Source: Mobula birostris
Lineage: Eukaryota
DNA length: 64,000 bases
Reading direction: 5' to 3'
NCBI RefSeq assembly: GCF_030028105.1
Contig: NC_092396.1
Location: forward strand, 18,187,820 to 18,251,819
Every line of letters starts with the position of its first letter. Position 1 is the stretch's first letter. Shown one piece after another: positions 1 to 11,900 of the stretch. Made by a program: the position numbers and the translations under genes. The notes below the pieces were generated by a model. That model saw only the letters and a program-made list of their open reading frames with translations. It made no database searches and was not told where the DNA came from.

Positions 1-1649
1 CATTGGCAAGGGTTCCAGTAAAATCCCTTTATACCTTTTTCCCATTTCAGAGTTAAATTTATTTATCTCATTCCCAAATTCTTCTATCTCCCATGCTTGC
101 TAACCCATCGCTTGGTTCCCCTTTCGTCACCCCCCCCCCTTTCTCCACCTTTATCTAGTGAGGCAACATCTCTGTCCCCACCTCACAGACGCCACTCGGC
201 CGGCTAAACATCTTATTTCCAGCACCTGTGGCAACCTGCAAACCAAAACGGCCACAAAATGAACCTCGTCCCAGTAATTCTCGGCTGGGTGGGGTACGGC
301 TGTATGGAGCGGAATTTATTGGCCGTCCCTCCAGAAGAACAACAAACTTCACGACATACTGCAGTGCGATTAAATCTGATTCTGAAGTCGCCGGGGAGCC
401 GCCGCCTCGAACGGCTGCCGACTGGCGTTGGGTGGAGCTTTACTCCCGGTCACTGAAGGAACGTTTCCACTTCAGACCGGTGTCGTCTGGGATCGGAGCT
501 CCCTCTGCACACGACCTTCCGGAGGGATGTGTGGGGTGGGGGTGGGGGTGGGGGTGGGGGTGGGGGTGGAATCACACTCATCACTACCGCCTCCAGAACA
601 CAGAAAGTACATCTCGATTTCCCCTAAAAAAAATCCAAACTCACACCATACAACGTTCCCCGCAAATTCACCCAACAATCAAGCCGTCCCCTCCCCGCCT
701 GTCAGAAACCACCGGTCCCCGGTCAGCGGGGGACACCAGGCTGGGGTCTAATTCTGATCAGCAACCGAGAACACCCCACCCACCCGCACCCCCACCCTCT
801 GGAGTTCAGACAGTTCATTACCAGCCTCTTCTCACTGTCCGCCGTCTCCGTCAGCAAGAAGGCTGCAACAGTTGGGACAAAACTTGCGGAGTTGCTAAAG
901 TCGGCCCGCTCCCCCTCACTGCACCGGAGGAGAGTGTAGGCGCCCAGATTTATACCGCTATCTCCCTGCGCTCTCTCTCTCACACACACAAAACTACCCT
1001 TCCCTTCCCCTGGAGAACTCTCCACCCTCTCCCCCCACCACAACTCTCTCTCTTTCTATCTTTAATTCATCCCGTAACCCTCTCCCTTCGCCTCTATATC
1101 CTCCTCTTCTCCCTCTCCCGGTCCCTTTATCCTCCCCACTGCCACTTTCTTTCCTAATGCTCCACCTCTGAATCCGACAGCTGTTGTCTTTGGGACTACG
1201 GAGGGCAGCCGCTGCCAAACCACAGTCAAAATCCTGTCACACAGCTGTTCTGGTGAACTTGCGGCCAAGCCAGCGGCGTGTGAAGACAAGAGGCCGACTG
1301 TGGAGCCCCTGTGCGGTCAGCCGCGCACACCGGGGAGCTGCCCCCGCCCGCCGAGGCCGAAGTGCCGCAAGGACACACGCCAGTAAACAAGACACCGACC
1401 GCTCCCTCTCTCCTTTCACCCGTCTCCAGTCCAACCTGCAGTCGTTCACATCTACGCGCTTACCGATTGCTACCGCACCAAACATAACACTGAAGGGGGT
1501 TTTCAGGAGAGATTAAAGGTCGGAGGGGGCGCTTTAATTAGGAGGACCTCAGGAAGGCACCGCCAGACGCGTTGGAGTGAATGAGCAAAGGGTAAAACCG
1601 CAGGAGAGCTTAAAAGCTCGATGGTGATGGAGATAGAATAGATTCCATC

Positions 1650-2045
1650 ACCTACAGTCCGAGCATCCGCACTAGAGTGGTCACTGGTTCGAATCCGGCC
1701 AGCTCCTTGTATGCTTTCTTTTTATTGACTTTTTTTAAAAAAAGTGTGTATACAAACAAGAGGAGAATATCTCTGGTATATATGTCAATAACAGTACATA
1801 CAGAAGGTAAAATAAACAATATCAGAATCACACATGGTGTTGATCCACAAAGTGTAAATTTGATATAGAATGTATAATACGGAAAAAAAACAATGTAATT
1901 CATTCTCCTCTACTTGTATGATTTCCATCCGTGCTGGGCTGTGCGTCGAGCTAGTAACTCGGCCTCGTGGGAAAAAAAAGACGAAAATGCTGAAGAAACG
2001 GCAAGGTCACCGCCGGATGCACCATAAGGCGCGAAGAGGGACATC
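1650..2045 (+). mobile_element. tRNA-derived SINE interrupted by an inverted LINE tail (1719-1912); related copy at ~8025-8215 on minus
   Basis: B box GGTTCGAATCC; TSD CTTGTATG(C/A)TTTC at 1706-1718 and 1913-1925. Confidence 0.7.
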
Positions 2046-2974
2046 AGCAACCTGCAGCCCTCTATCACCCGCCAGTCAGTCACCATCTCCACTCTCCCCT
2101 GGTCTGCGCTTTCCCCTCAGCTCTCTGTACCTGGGCCTCGCCATTTCCCCTCCACGGATGCTGTCCAGCCCGCCGAGTCTCTCCACACGGAACAGCCCAG
2201 ACCGTGAACACAGCGATGAGGGGTACCTCTCCCTGCCTGGCCGGCGACTGAATTGTACTTTGTACTCATTTAAATTATGAGGCAAAGAGGAATGGAAGCA
2301 TTGCGGTGTACAGGATGTGGTAGGCCCCAGGCGGAGAAATTTGGATGGGCTTGAATTTAGGGACATTTCGAGAGGGAAGAGGGACCCCGCACATCCGCTT
2401 GGACTCCGGAGCTGAACCGGAGTGAAGGCAAATGGTTCAGGGGCCTCAGCGTGAAAACAACGCGGTGTAAATAAACTCGAATGTACCGACACCTGGGAGG
2501 GGGAAGGACTGGAGTTGGAACAAGGTTTGTTAGGTGCTTCCGCTGCAGTTGAATAGCCAAGGCTGGTGATTAAAAGCGCACTCCATTCATTTGAAGGGCA
2601 GATGTCCTGTCTGAGGGTCCATTTACACCAATGTTTGGGGCAGGAACAGAGTTTGAACTCTCTTTTCCGGAACCCATGGCCCTTACACATCAAACGTGAC
2701 CATTGGAAATTGGCATCGAGCTCGCCTTTGGTGATCTCCACTTCGGTGCTGGAGCCTCGCACCCCTGAACTCACCCACGTTGCCCATGACCGAATCTCCC
2801 CGCCACCACTGCTGGCTCACCGGGATGAATCGCTCCACCCGGTGGTTGTTCCCCGCACGTTGCAGGCAGGTTTAACAGGATTACTGTATGTTTATTGTGG
2901 AGGGATTGAGTTTTATGCAAAAAAATATTTCCTAGTTATTTGCTGCGGGAGCAGATGAAAATTTGAATCCATAC

Positions 2975-3300
2975 CAGCCACCCCCAACCCCTACCCTCCA
3001 CTCCTCCTCCCTCTCCCTCCTCCTTCCTCTCTCTCTCTCCCCCCTCCTCTCCCCTCCCCATTCTTCCTCCTCCCCTCTTCCCACACCTCCCTCTCGCTCC
3101 TCTCCCCATCCCTCCTCCCCACCCTTCCTCCTCCTCCCCTCCCTCCCCTCTTCCCCCTCACTCCCCACCTCCCCCTCCCACTCCCCTCTCCCCAGCCCAA
3201 CCCCTCCTTTCCTCCCCTCCTCCTCCCTCCCAACCCTCATGCACTCCCTCCCCATCACCCCTCCCTCCTACTCCTCTTCTCCCCTCCCCCTCCCCACAAG
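2975..3300. repeat. C-rich polypyrimidine low-complexity tract
   Basis: Almost exclusively C/T over ~320 bp. Confidence 0.9.
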
Positions 3301-5469
3301 AGCCGCCACACTTCCTGTACTCACATCATATGCCCACACCTCACTAACCCTGATCCATACATCTTTGGAATGCAGGAGGAAAGCGGAGCACCCATAGGAA
3401 ACCCACACAGTCACAGGGGAAATGTACAGTGCAAGCTCCTTACAGCCGACAGTGGAATCGAACCCCAGATGCTGGTGCTGAACATAGCGTTATGCTAGCC
3501 TCTATGCCACCGTGTTAAGGAAGGCAGCTGATGAAGTAGCTAAGGAGGGTTGGACCAAATATATTCCTGTGAGAGTTCCTCCAGCAAGACCCTGATGCCA
3601 GGGTGATGGATTTCCAACAACCACAACCACAAACATCTTCCTTTGCGCACGGTTTAATGCCAGCTCCCTTTGAGGGGTTTCCTCTTCATCTCCATTTATT
3701 TGTATTTTACCAGGGCACACTTGAATGTGACAGAGCACTGAGCTGACCATCAGCTGCAGGGTTACTTCGCCCTGTCTGTTCCTAGTTTTAGTGGTCGGCA
3801 CATGACATAGCCTTGTGTTCCACGCATTTCAGTTTACGCTAACGTGACCTTTGTGTGTGAAATTAAATGAGGTGCCACCTTATACGTGTTCCATCACCAA
3901 GAGCACTCGGTTCCATCTTCATGCAATTGTCATAGTTGAAATCGCTGTGCTGATGTTTTTCCCAGTTGCACTGATGGATAATTGCTGACCGTCCAGCTGT
4001 AATGGTATGATACTGTTTACCCTGCAGTTGATTTTATTTGTTCTAATTTGATGCCCTTTTTACACTGGTGCATTGCTCTGGCTGCACAAGTGCACCGTTC
4101 AGACTGTAGCAGTATAATCAGGAAGTCCAAGCATTGTGTAGGATGAAGGGGTGGACCCACCAATGGATAATCCCTTAGGAGAAGATCATACTCAACTTGA
4201 ATGATCAAAAATACAAAGTACATTAGTATATGTGCAGAATACAACCCTGAGATTCATCTTCTACTAGAAGAATGTGTTGGATCCCCAGTACGACCCTCCA
4301 GGATGGCTCTCAAGACCAAAGCATGGACATTCACCTGACAAAGACATGGGCAGGAGCTGACAAATAGAAATCTGTTTCCATAATCGGTTTCCGATGGGGA
4401 GATGGTCCTTCTAGGCTCTCGTTACTATAAACCTTTGTGTCCTTCACAGAGTAGTCCAGGGTGGGGACTAGATTACAGTAAGGACTGAAAACCCAATTCA
4501 TTCGACCTCATTGGACTAACAACCCAAATACAACCAAGGTGCATCTTAAATATGGATGTAATAAGCCATGCTGTTGTACCAGGAAAGTAGACGTAGGCAG
4601 TAAATGCCACTCTTAATGATGTCCATGCTATGAGACTACTTGGACAAAAGACTCCAGGAGAACTAATTGTGAGCGATGTTAACAAGTGACTTTGGAACTG
4701 CCTCCCACCAGAAATCAATGCCTTCAGAGCCTGGGAACAGCAAGGAATCAAGGTAACCTTTGATACTTAACAGGAGCGACGAAAACCTGTGGTAGAGAAA
4801 GTGGCAGTTTCTTTATTCCTTCTAGTTCACCACTGCAGATTCATCCACTCCAGCTGTCAGCCCCTTGATTTAAAAGCTCAACCAAAGATCACACTGTGTG
4901 CCTTATACATTTTACCTCCAGTTTCCTGTAATTTCACTTATAGTCTCCATTTTAGCATATTTATTGCAGAACATGACATCTAAAGACCATTTATTCACAC
5001 CAGAGCGACACATTTATTACTCCTTGTAACAGCAGAAATATTGCCAAGGGTTTTTGGCGCAGGTGTAGCTAGATGCATCTATTTTATATTTTATTGAGAA
5101 ATGCAAAAGGTATTTAGACAAACAACCTGCTGTAAAAGTCAGAGAGATTAAACTTTACTGACCTTTGGCTGCCCCACTTATTTATTCTGTTTATGCTCTA
5201 GTGTCAACTTCATTTAATAAGGTGAAGATATATTACAATTCTGATTGTAATATATAACAAAACTATGTACTGGCACATAGGCAAAAATCCGGACTGAATT
5301 TTGAGGCCAACATAGTTTATTGAGAAGCTGAGTCAAACAGACCAGGAGGAACTTGGCTTCTTGCCTAATCTGCATTGTTAGAAAATCAGTGTTTAAATGG
5401 GGAAAAGGTCAGGAGAAAGAGGGGGTATAGATTCACCAATTATTAAAAGTAACAAGGAAAGTTGGAGTA

Positions 5470-5502
<33 letters not shown>

Positions 5503-5675
5503 CACGCACACAAAATATTGCAGGATTCTTATCAAGGGTCATGGCCCAAAGCGTTGACTATTTTTCCCCTCCTAGCTGCTGCCTGACCTGCTGAGTTCCC
5601 CCAGCATCTTGTGTGTGTTGCCAAGATGAGAAACCCCGCAGATGCTGGAAAGTCAGAGCAACACACGCACAACAT

Positions 5676-6300
5676 TCAGGGTTTTGGGCCCTGAATGGAA
5701 ACGTGGTGGTGGGAGGGGAGTGGGGTTGTTGTACGGGCAGGTGTAGCAGTTAGGCCACTTGCAGGGATAAGTGCCCGGAGGGCAATTAGTGGAGAGGGAT
5801 GAATGGACAAGGGAACCGTAGAGGGAGGGATCCCTGTGGAAAGCGGAGGTGGGGGGGGTGAGGTAAAGATATGTTTATTGGTAGGGTCCCCTTGGAGACA
5901 GTGGAAGTTGCGGAGGATGATGTGTTTGATGTGGAGGCTGTTGGGATGGTAGGTAAGGACAAAAGGGATTCTCACTGTTATGGTGGCGGGAAGATGGCGT
6001 GAGCACGGATGTATGGGAAATGGAGGAGATGCGGGTGAGGGCAGCATCAGTAGTGGAGGGAGGGAATCCCCATTCTTTAAAGATGGAGGACACATCTCTG
6101 ATGTCCTGGAACGGAAAGCCTCATCCTGAGAAACAGATGTGGTGGAGACGAAGAAACTGAGAAAAGGGAATAGTATTTTTACAGGAGACAGGGTGGGAAG
6201 AGGTATAGTTGAGATAACTGTGGGGATCAGTAAGTTTAGAAAAGAGGTCCGTTGGCAGTTTATCTCCAGAGATGGAGATATCAAGAAAGGGGAGGTGTGT
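5676..6300 (-). mobile_element. Penelope-like element, RT thumb/linker fragment
   Basis: LPFLDISISGDKLPTDLFSKLTDPHSYLNYTSSHPVSCKNTIPFSQFLRL typical of PLE RT C-terminus; frameshifted. Confidence 0.8.
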
Positions 6301-7458
6301 GTTGCTCTGGATTTCCAACACCTGCAGAATCTCTTGTGTTTATAACAAGGTACGTTAACAGTCAAATTATAAGTACCAATGATACATTGAGATTTGTTTC
6401 AAGAAGAATAAAATTACAAGGCTGAAAAGCTGTGGGAATTTTATTTGGAATGTAGACTGAGATCATGCTTGGAGCACTGTCAACAGTTCTGTCCTCCATA
6501 TATCTACAAGGATATGGAGAGGGTCCATGTGGAGAGACGATGGACAAATGTTTTATCAGGTTCCTATCAGAACTGAGAGATTAAAATGGTTAGGAAAGAT
6601 TGACTAAACTGGGAGTTTATTCCTTTGAAATGTGCATGCTGAGAGATGTTCCAGTCATTATCATCATCATCAGTATGTGCTGTGCAAGTTTTTCTACAGA
6701 AGTGGTTTGCCATTGCCTTCTTCTGGGCAGTGTCTTTACAGGACAGGTGACCCCAACCATTATCAATACTCTTCAGAGATTGTCTGCCTGGCACCAGTGG
6801 TCGCATAACCATGACTTGTGCCATGTTCCAATAGTGTTCCTTAAACCACGACATGGTTTGACGAGGGAGAGAAGATCGGAGATAACAAGGCTCGAGGTGT
6901 CAGTATATAACATCATAAATCCAAAAAGTGTACCGGGAAGGGGGAAATCTACACATGTTGGAAATCTGAAAAAAAAAATTGTTGGAAATACCCAAGAGGT
7001 CAGGCAGGAAATGTGGGGGAAAAAGTAGATGTGCTTCAGGCCGATGACTTTTCATCAGAACCTGGGTTTCCTTTTGCTAAATCCACTCGTATTTCTCTTC
7101 CAAGAATTCCCATTTTGAAGGAAGTCTGCTCTCCGCAGATGGATTTCTCTTTGCCCCTTTCGTTTTCTGTTGCGGTTCATAAGAAAAGATTCTGATAAAT
7201 AGGCACCAACCTGGAGGGCTAAAGCCCCCAATCCGGATGATGGGTCTTCACCTGTTATGTCTGCTGTCCATTTTCCTCAACAGATGCTGCCTGACCCACT
7301 GAGGCCCTCCAGCAATGTGCTTGTTGCTTCCAATTCCAACATCTGCAGTGTTGTGACTCCAGCCGGAAGTGTTCCTTCCACCAGAGAGCCCCTCCCATAT
7401 ACACCTCCAACATCTCCTCTCTTTGGAATTGGAATGAAATGTCCTTATGTGGAAAGTA

Positions 7459-7766
7459 AGTGAAGTAAAGGCATTCGTTAGTCTTGCGACACCATGAAGT
7501 CTTCACTCTCCAGGGCGCAGGCCTGGGCAAGGTTGTATGGAAGACCAGCAGTTCCCCATGCTGCAAGTCTCCCCTCTCCATGACACCGATGTTGTCCAAG
7601 GGAAGGGCATTAGGACCCATGCAGCTTGGCACCAGTGTCGTCGCAGAGCAATGTGTGATTAAGTACGTTGCTCAAGGACACAACATGTTCCCTTGACTGG
7701 GGGCTCGAACTCACGACCTTCAGGTCGCTAGTCCAATGCCTTAACCACTTGGCCACGTGCCCACAC
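7459..7766 (-). mobile_element. tRNA-derived SINE with 13-bp TSD
   Basis: A box TGGCCAAGTGG and B box AGTTCGAGCC, followed by a GTGTCCTTGAGCAA central domain; TSD TATGTG(G/A)AAGTA at 7446-7458 and 7767-7779. Confidence 0.85.
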
Positions 7767-8755
7767 TATGTGAAAAGTACAGAAAGCATTTGAGGCAAAT
7801 GGCAGAGTTGTGCTTAGGAAGAGCCTGGATCATCTAAAGTGAAAGGTTAAAAAATGTACTCAGCAGTAATAAGGGTATCATAGCACAATGTTTTACAGTA
7901 CCAGCGACCTGGGTTCAATTCCCACTGCTGTCTGTAAGAAGTTTGTACTTTCTCCCTGTGACCCCGTGTGGGTGCTTTGGATTCATCCCACAGTCCAAAG
8001 ACACGCCAGTTGGTAGGTTAATTGTTATTCCTCTCCGTGCCTTGTGGCGCATCGGGTGGCAACCTTGCCATTTTCTTTAGCACTTGTCTGCGTTTCACGG
8101 GGCTGAGTTGCTAGCTCAATGCTCAACCCAGCATGGATGGAAGTCATGCAAGAAGCCGGCCGGACCATTCGCTTCGGAGTCCGGTGCTGATGCCGTGACA
8201 CCACCAGCTGGCAGTAGGTCATTGTAAACAGCCTCATGACTAGGACAGGGTGAAATCGGGGGGGGTGGGGGGCTGGGGTGGTGCTGCATGCGGAGGTTTG
8301 AAGGGCTGGAAGGGCCTATTCCGTGCTGTATCTCAATAAAATTTTAAAAAATGAATTTAGGTATGGGGCATATATCAAAGTACTAAACAGAAAAAAAGCT
8401 GAGTTGGATAGATGGCCAGAGTGCAGTGTAAGGGAAGTGAGCTGGCTCTTTAAGAGATTTTCAATGATTTTTTTAAAGAATTCATTCAATAATATCATGA
8501 CAAACCCTCTTGGATAAAGCTACGTCATTTTCCTTGTGAATGATAAACAGCTCTTTAAATTTGGGGTCTGACAGAGGTAAATTAGATGTGTTTGTTATTG
8601 GTGACTGTTAGTAAGGGGCAGTAAATCTATGTCCCATCTGCTCTCATGTTTTATCCTCGAAGCTGAGTCAAAATGAAGAGCTGATTGGATCCAACAGCTG
8701 GAGATAGTTTATGGATCTTGCTCTTGTTTTTCGTGATAGGGATGGGGTAGCAGGA

Positions 8756-8763
8756 TATATAAA
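8756..8763 (+). promoter_or_regulatory. TATA box of uts2
   Basis: TATATAAA (followed by G) 80 bp upstream of the ATG. Confidence 0.7.
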
Positions 8764-8835
8764 GTCCTTGTTCTGTACTGAGTGCACACTTCTGTTCTCA
8801 CTCCCTAACAAGTTGTCTCCCAATCCCTTTTCATC

Positions 8836-8923
8836 ATGTCCTTCGTACTCCTGGCTGGTGTGTTGCTTCTTAGTGGATCCTATCTCTTCGCTATACCCGT
8901 CACAGACTCAAGATACAGTGCAG
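8836..8923 (+). CDS. uts2: uts2 exon 1 (signal peptide)
   Basis: ATG at 8836; MSFVLLAGVLLLSGSYLFAIPVTDSRYSA; donor CAG|GTAAG. Confidence 0.9.
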
Positions 8924-11900
8924 GTAAGCCATGGGTTGAAGGGGTCGAGGAAAAGCTTGTACTGAGCTCTTTCCTGTGTCACGATCATCACTTATCCATC
9001 TCCATTCCTCGGTGTAAAAGTATCGGGTTACAGCACCTCCTTGTAGGGTGTCTGGCATGGTTAGATGTACTGTCTCCTCAGACTTCTTCAGGCCTCATCT
9101 CACAGCTTGACGATAAGCCTGCAATTCTCTTAGGTGTTAGGTGGAGGGACAGGCCGTGTTGAGGAAGCAGGGAGTCTACATAAGGATGTAGACAGATGAG
9201 GAGAATGGGCATAGGAGTGGCACGTGGATTGCAGTTTAGGGATAGCAGAGCACACTTGATGGGCTGAATGGCCCAATTCTGTTCCTATGTATTATGGGCG
9301 GGACGTAGAGTGAGAGTGTGATTGGAGCACTGTCAACAGTTCTCTCTACCATATTATTGACAAGGATATGGGAATTGAAGGCATTCTTCAATGAACATTA
9401 ATGTCTGGTTGTTATCACATTGCAGTGCACAACTGGGTTGCCATGAACTATGATTTCAATACAAAAATATTTTAGTAGCATATTTTTGGATGTCCTGTCA
9501 TGGTCAAAGGTGCTTTATAAACACATGCAGGCATCTTCCTCTGAATTTCCTCCGGTGTTATTGTGAGTTATAAATAAGTAATACTTACCCAGTTGTTTTC
9601 ACACAGTGAGCGATAGGTGGCGGGAACACACTCCCAGGGATGGTGGTACAGGCTGATACTATAGGGACTTTTAAAAGACTCTTAGGTAAATAGATGTAAG
9701 GAAAATGGAAGGTTATGGGCTATGGAGGAGGGAAGGGTTAGGTGGATCATGGAGTGGGATTATATTGGTCAGCACAACTTTGTAGGTTGAAGGTTCATGC
9801 TGTGATTTACTGTTCTATGTTCCATTAATTATTGGCATATGAGTTCACCTATGTAAATGCTATTGTCCTACAGTATGCCCGTAAATGAGTTAATAACAAA
9901 TCTTGTGTTTAGTGTAGGACGGCGTCCCTGAACAGGATGAAGTTAATATCTATTCTGACTTTGAATCCCACGCAAAATGCTAGAGGAATTTACCAAGCCA
10001 GACAGCATCAATGAAGAGGAATAAACATTGATTGCTTATTCCCCTCCAGAGATGCTGCCTGACTTGCTGAATTCCTGCTTTTTTGTGTGTGTTGCTCAAG
10101 ATTTCCAGCATCTGCAGCATCTCTTGTGTTTCTAACTTTGAATCTGATCTTTGGTTTCGAGATCCCATTGTACAAAGTTGATTTTGGGTCTGATTCAGAA
10201 GTTAACATCAGCTTGTATTTCCATTTCTGTCTTTAAAGAGCCAGAATCATACTTTCCAGCTTGGGTACAGAGATCAGTTGCTAGAGTTTAATTTCCATTC
10301 TGTTTATTCCCTACTGATCGCAATTACTTAACATTAGTCAAAATAATTGACTGGTAATTTTAAATCCCAGCTGTTAGTGTTACTGCAATTAATATCCTGT
10401 GGAATTTTTCCCTTGATTCACTTACCAAAGCTGGGAGCAGTTTGGTTTTACTTGTTTACTTTCCTTTTGTATCCAGTTTATCAGTAGAAGTTATGAAACG
10501 AGCATTCCTGAAACCTCCTCTGTAAGTTTAATCACATGATTATTCCAAAAGTCTCTGGCGGATCTTTCAAGTTCCCTATCAGTTCACCAGACATTATCCA
10601 AATTTCTGCGGACATGTCTTCACCTGTGTCGAGCCCCAATCACACATCTCCCTATCACTACCTCACACTGACACCAGCCTGATACTGCCCTCAAATTCTG
10701 ATTCCTGTTTTTAAATACTCCATGGGCCCAGACTGTCTCCCTCAGAAACTCCTCCATGTCTCTGCATTCCACCAGAACGAACAATTCACTCCACTCCGGG
10801 AGGAACACTCTGAAACACCCTGCATTAATCTCCTGTCCCCTGCCTACTGCTCTTCATTTAAACCCATACTTCAAACTTACAATCCCGAAAAATGCCTTCA
10901 TTCAATTTACTTTGTTAGAGATGTTTCATAGAGGAAAATGTTGCAGTTGTGATTATTGTAAAAGATACTGGATCTTTGAATATAGTTGCATAGATGCTAA
11001 CTCTTAATATGTGCATTGGTTCCGAATTTACTAAGTCCCACACACACTGACTCTCATGGGGGTACAGTTCCCCACACATTGACTCTCACCAGGGTACAGT
11101 CTCACACACACTGACTCTCACCGGGGTACAGTCTCACACACACTGACTCTCACTGGGGTACAGTCCCACACACACTGACTCTCACTGGGATACAGTCCCT
11201 CACACACTGACTCTCACCGGGATACAGTTCCACATACACTGACTCTCATTGGGGTACAGTGTCACACACACTGACTCTCACTGGGGTACAGTCCCACACA
11301 CACTGACTCTCACGGGGGTACAGTCCCACACACACTGACTCTCACCGGGGTACAGTTCCACACACTGACTCTCATTGGGGTACAGTTCCACACACTGACT
11401 CTCACTGGGGTACAGTCTCACACACACTGACTCTCACTGGGGTACAGTCCCACACACACTGTCACTAGAGTACAGTTCCCCACACACTGACTCTCACAGG
11501 GGTACAGTTCCCCACACATTGACTCTCACCGGGGGTACAGTCTCACACACATTGACTCTCACCAGGATAGTTTCACATACACTGACTCTCACCGGGGTAC
11601 AGTCCCACACACACTGACTCTCACCAGGGTACAGTCTCACACACACTGACTCTCACCGGGGTACAGTCCCACACACACTGACTCTCACTGGGATACAGTC
11701 CCTCACACACTGACTCTCACTGGGATACAGTCCCTCACACACTGACTCTCACCAGGGTACAGTTCCACATACACTGACTCTCATTGGGGTACAGTCCCAC
11801 ACACACTGACTCTCACGGGGGTACAGTCCCACACACACTGACTCTCACCGGGGTACAGTTCCACACACTGACTCTCATTGGGGTACAGTTCCACACACTG

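Noticed and set aside
228-1157. 309-aa ORF
   Set aside because: Low-complexity, GC-rich, non-ATG start and no recognisable domain.
7695-7766. tRNA gene (also 1650-1706)
   Set aside because: A and B boxes are present, but each continues into a SINE body (TSD-flanked at 7459-7766) and I could not fold a proper cloverleaf.
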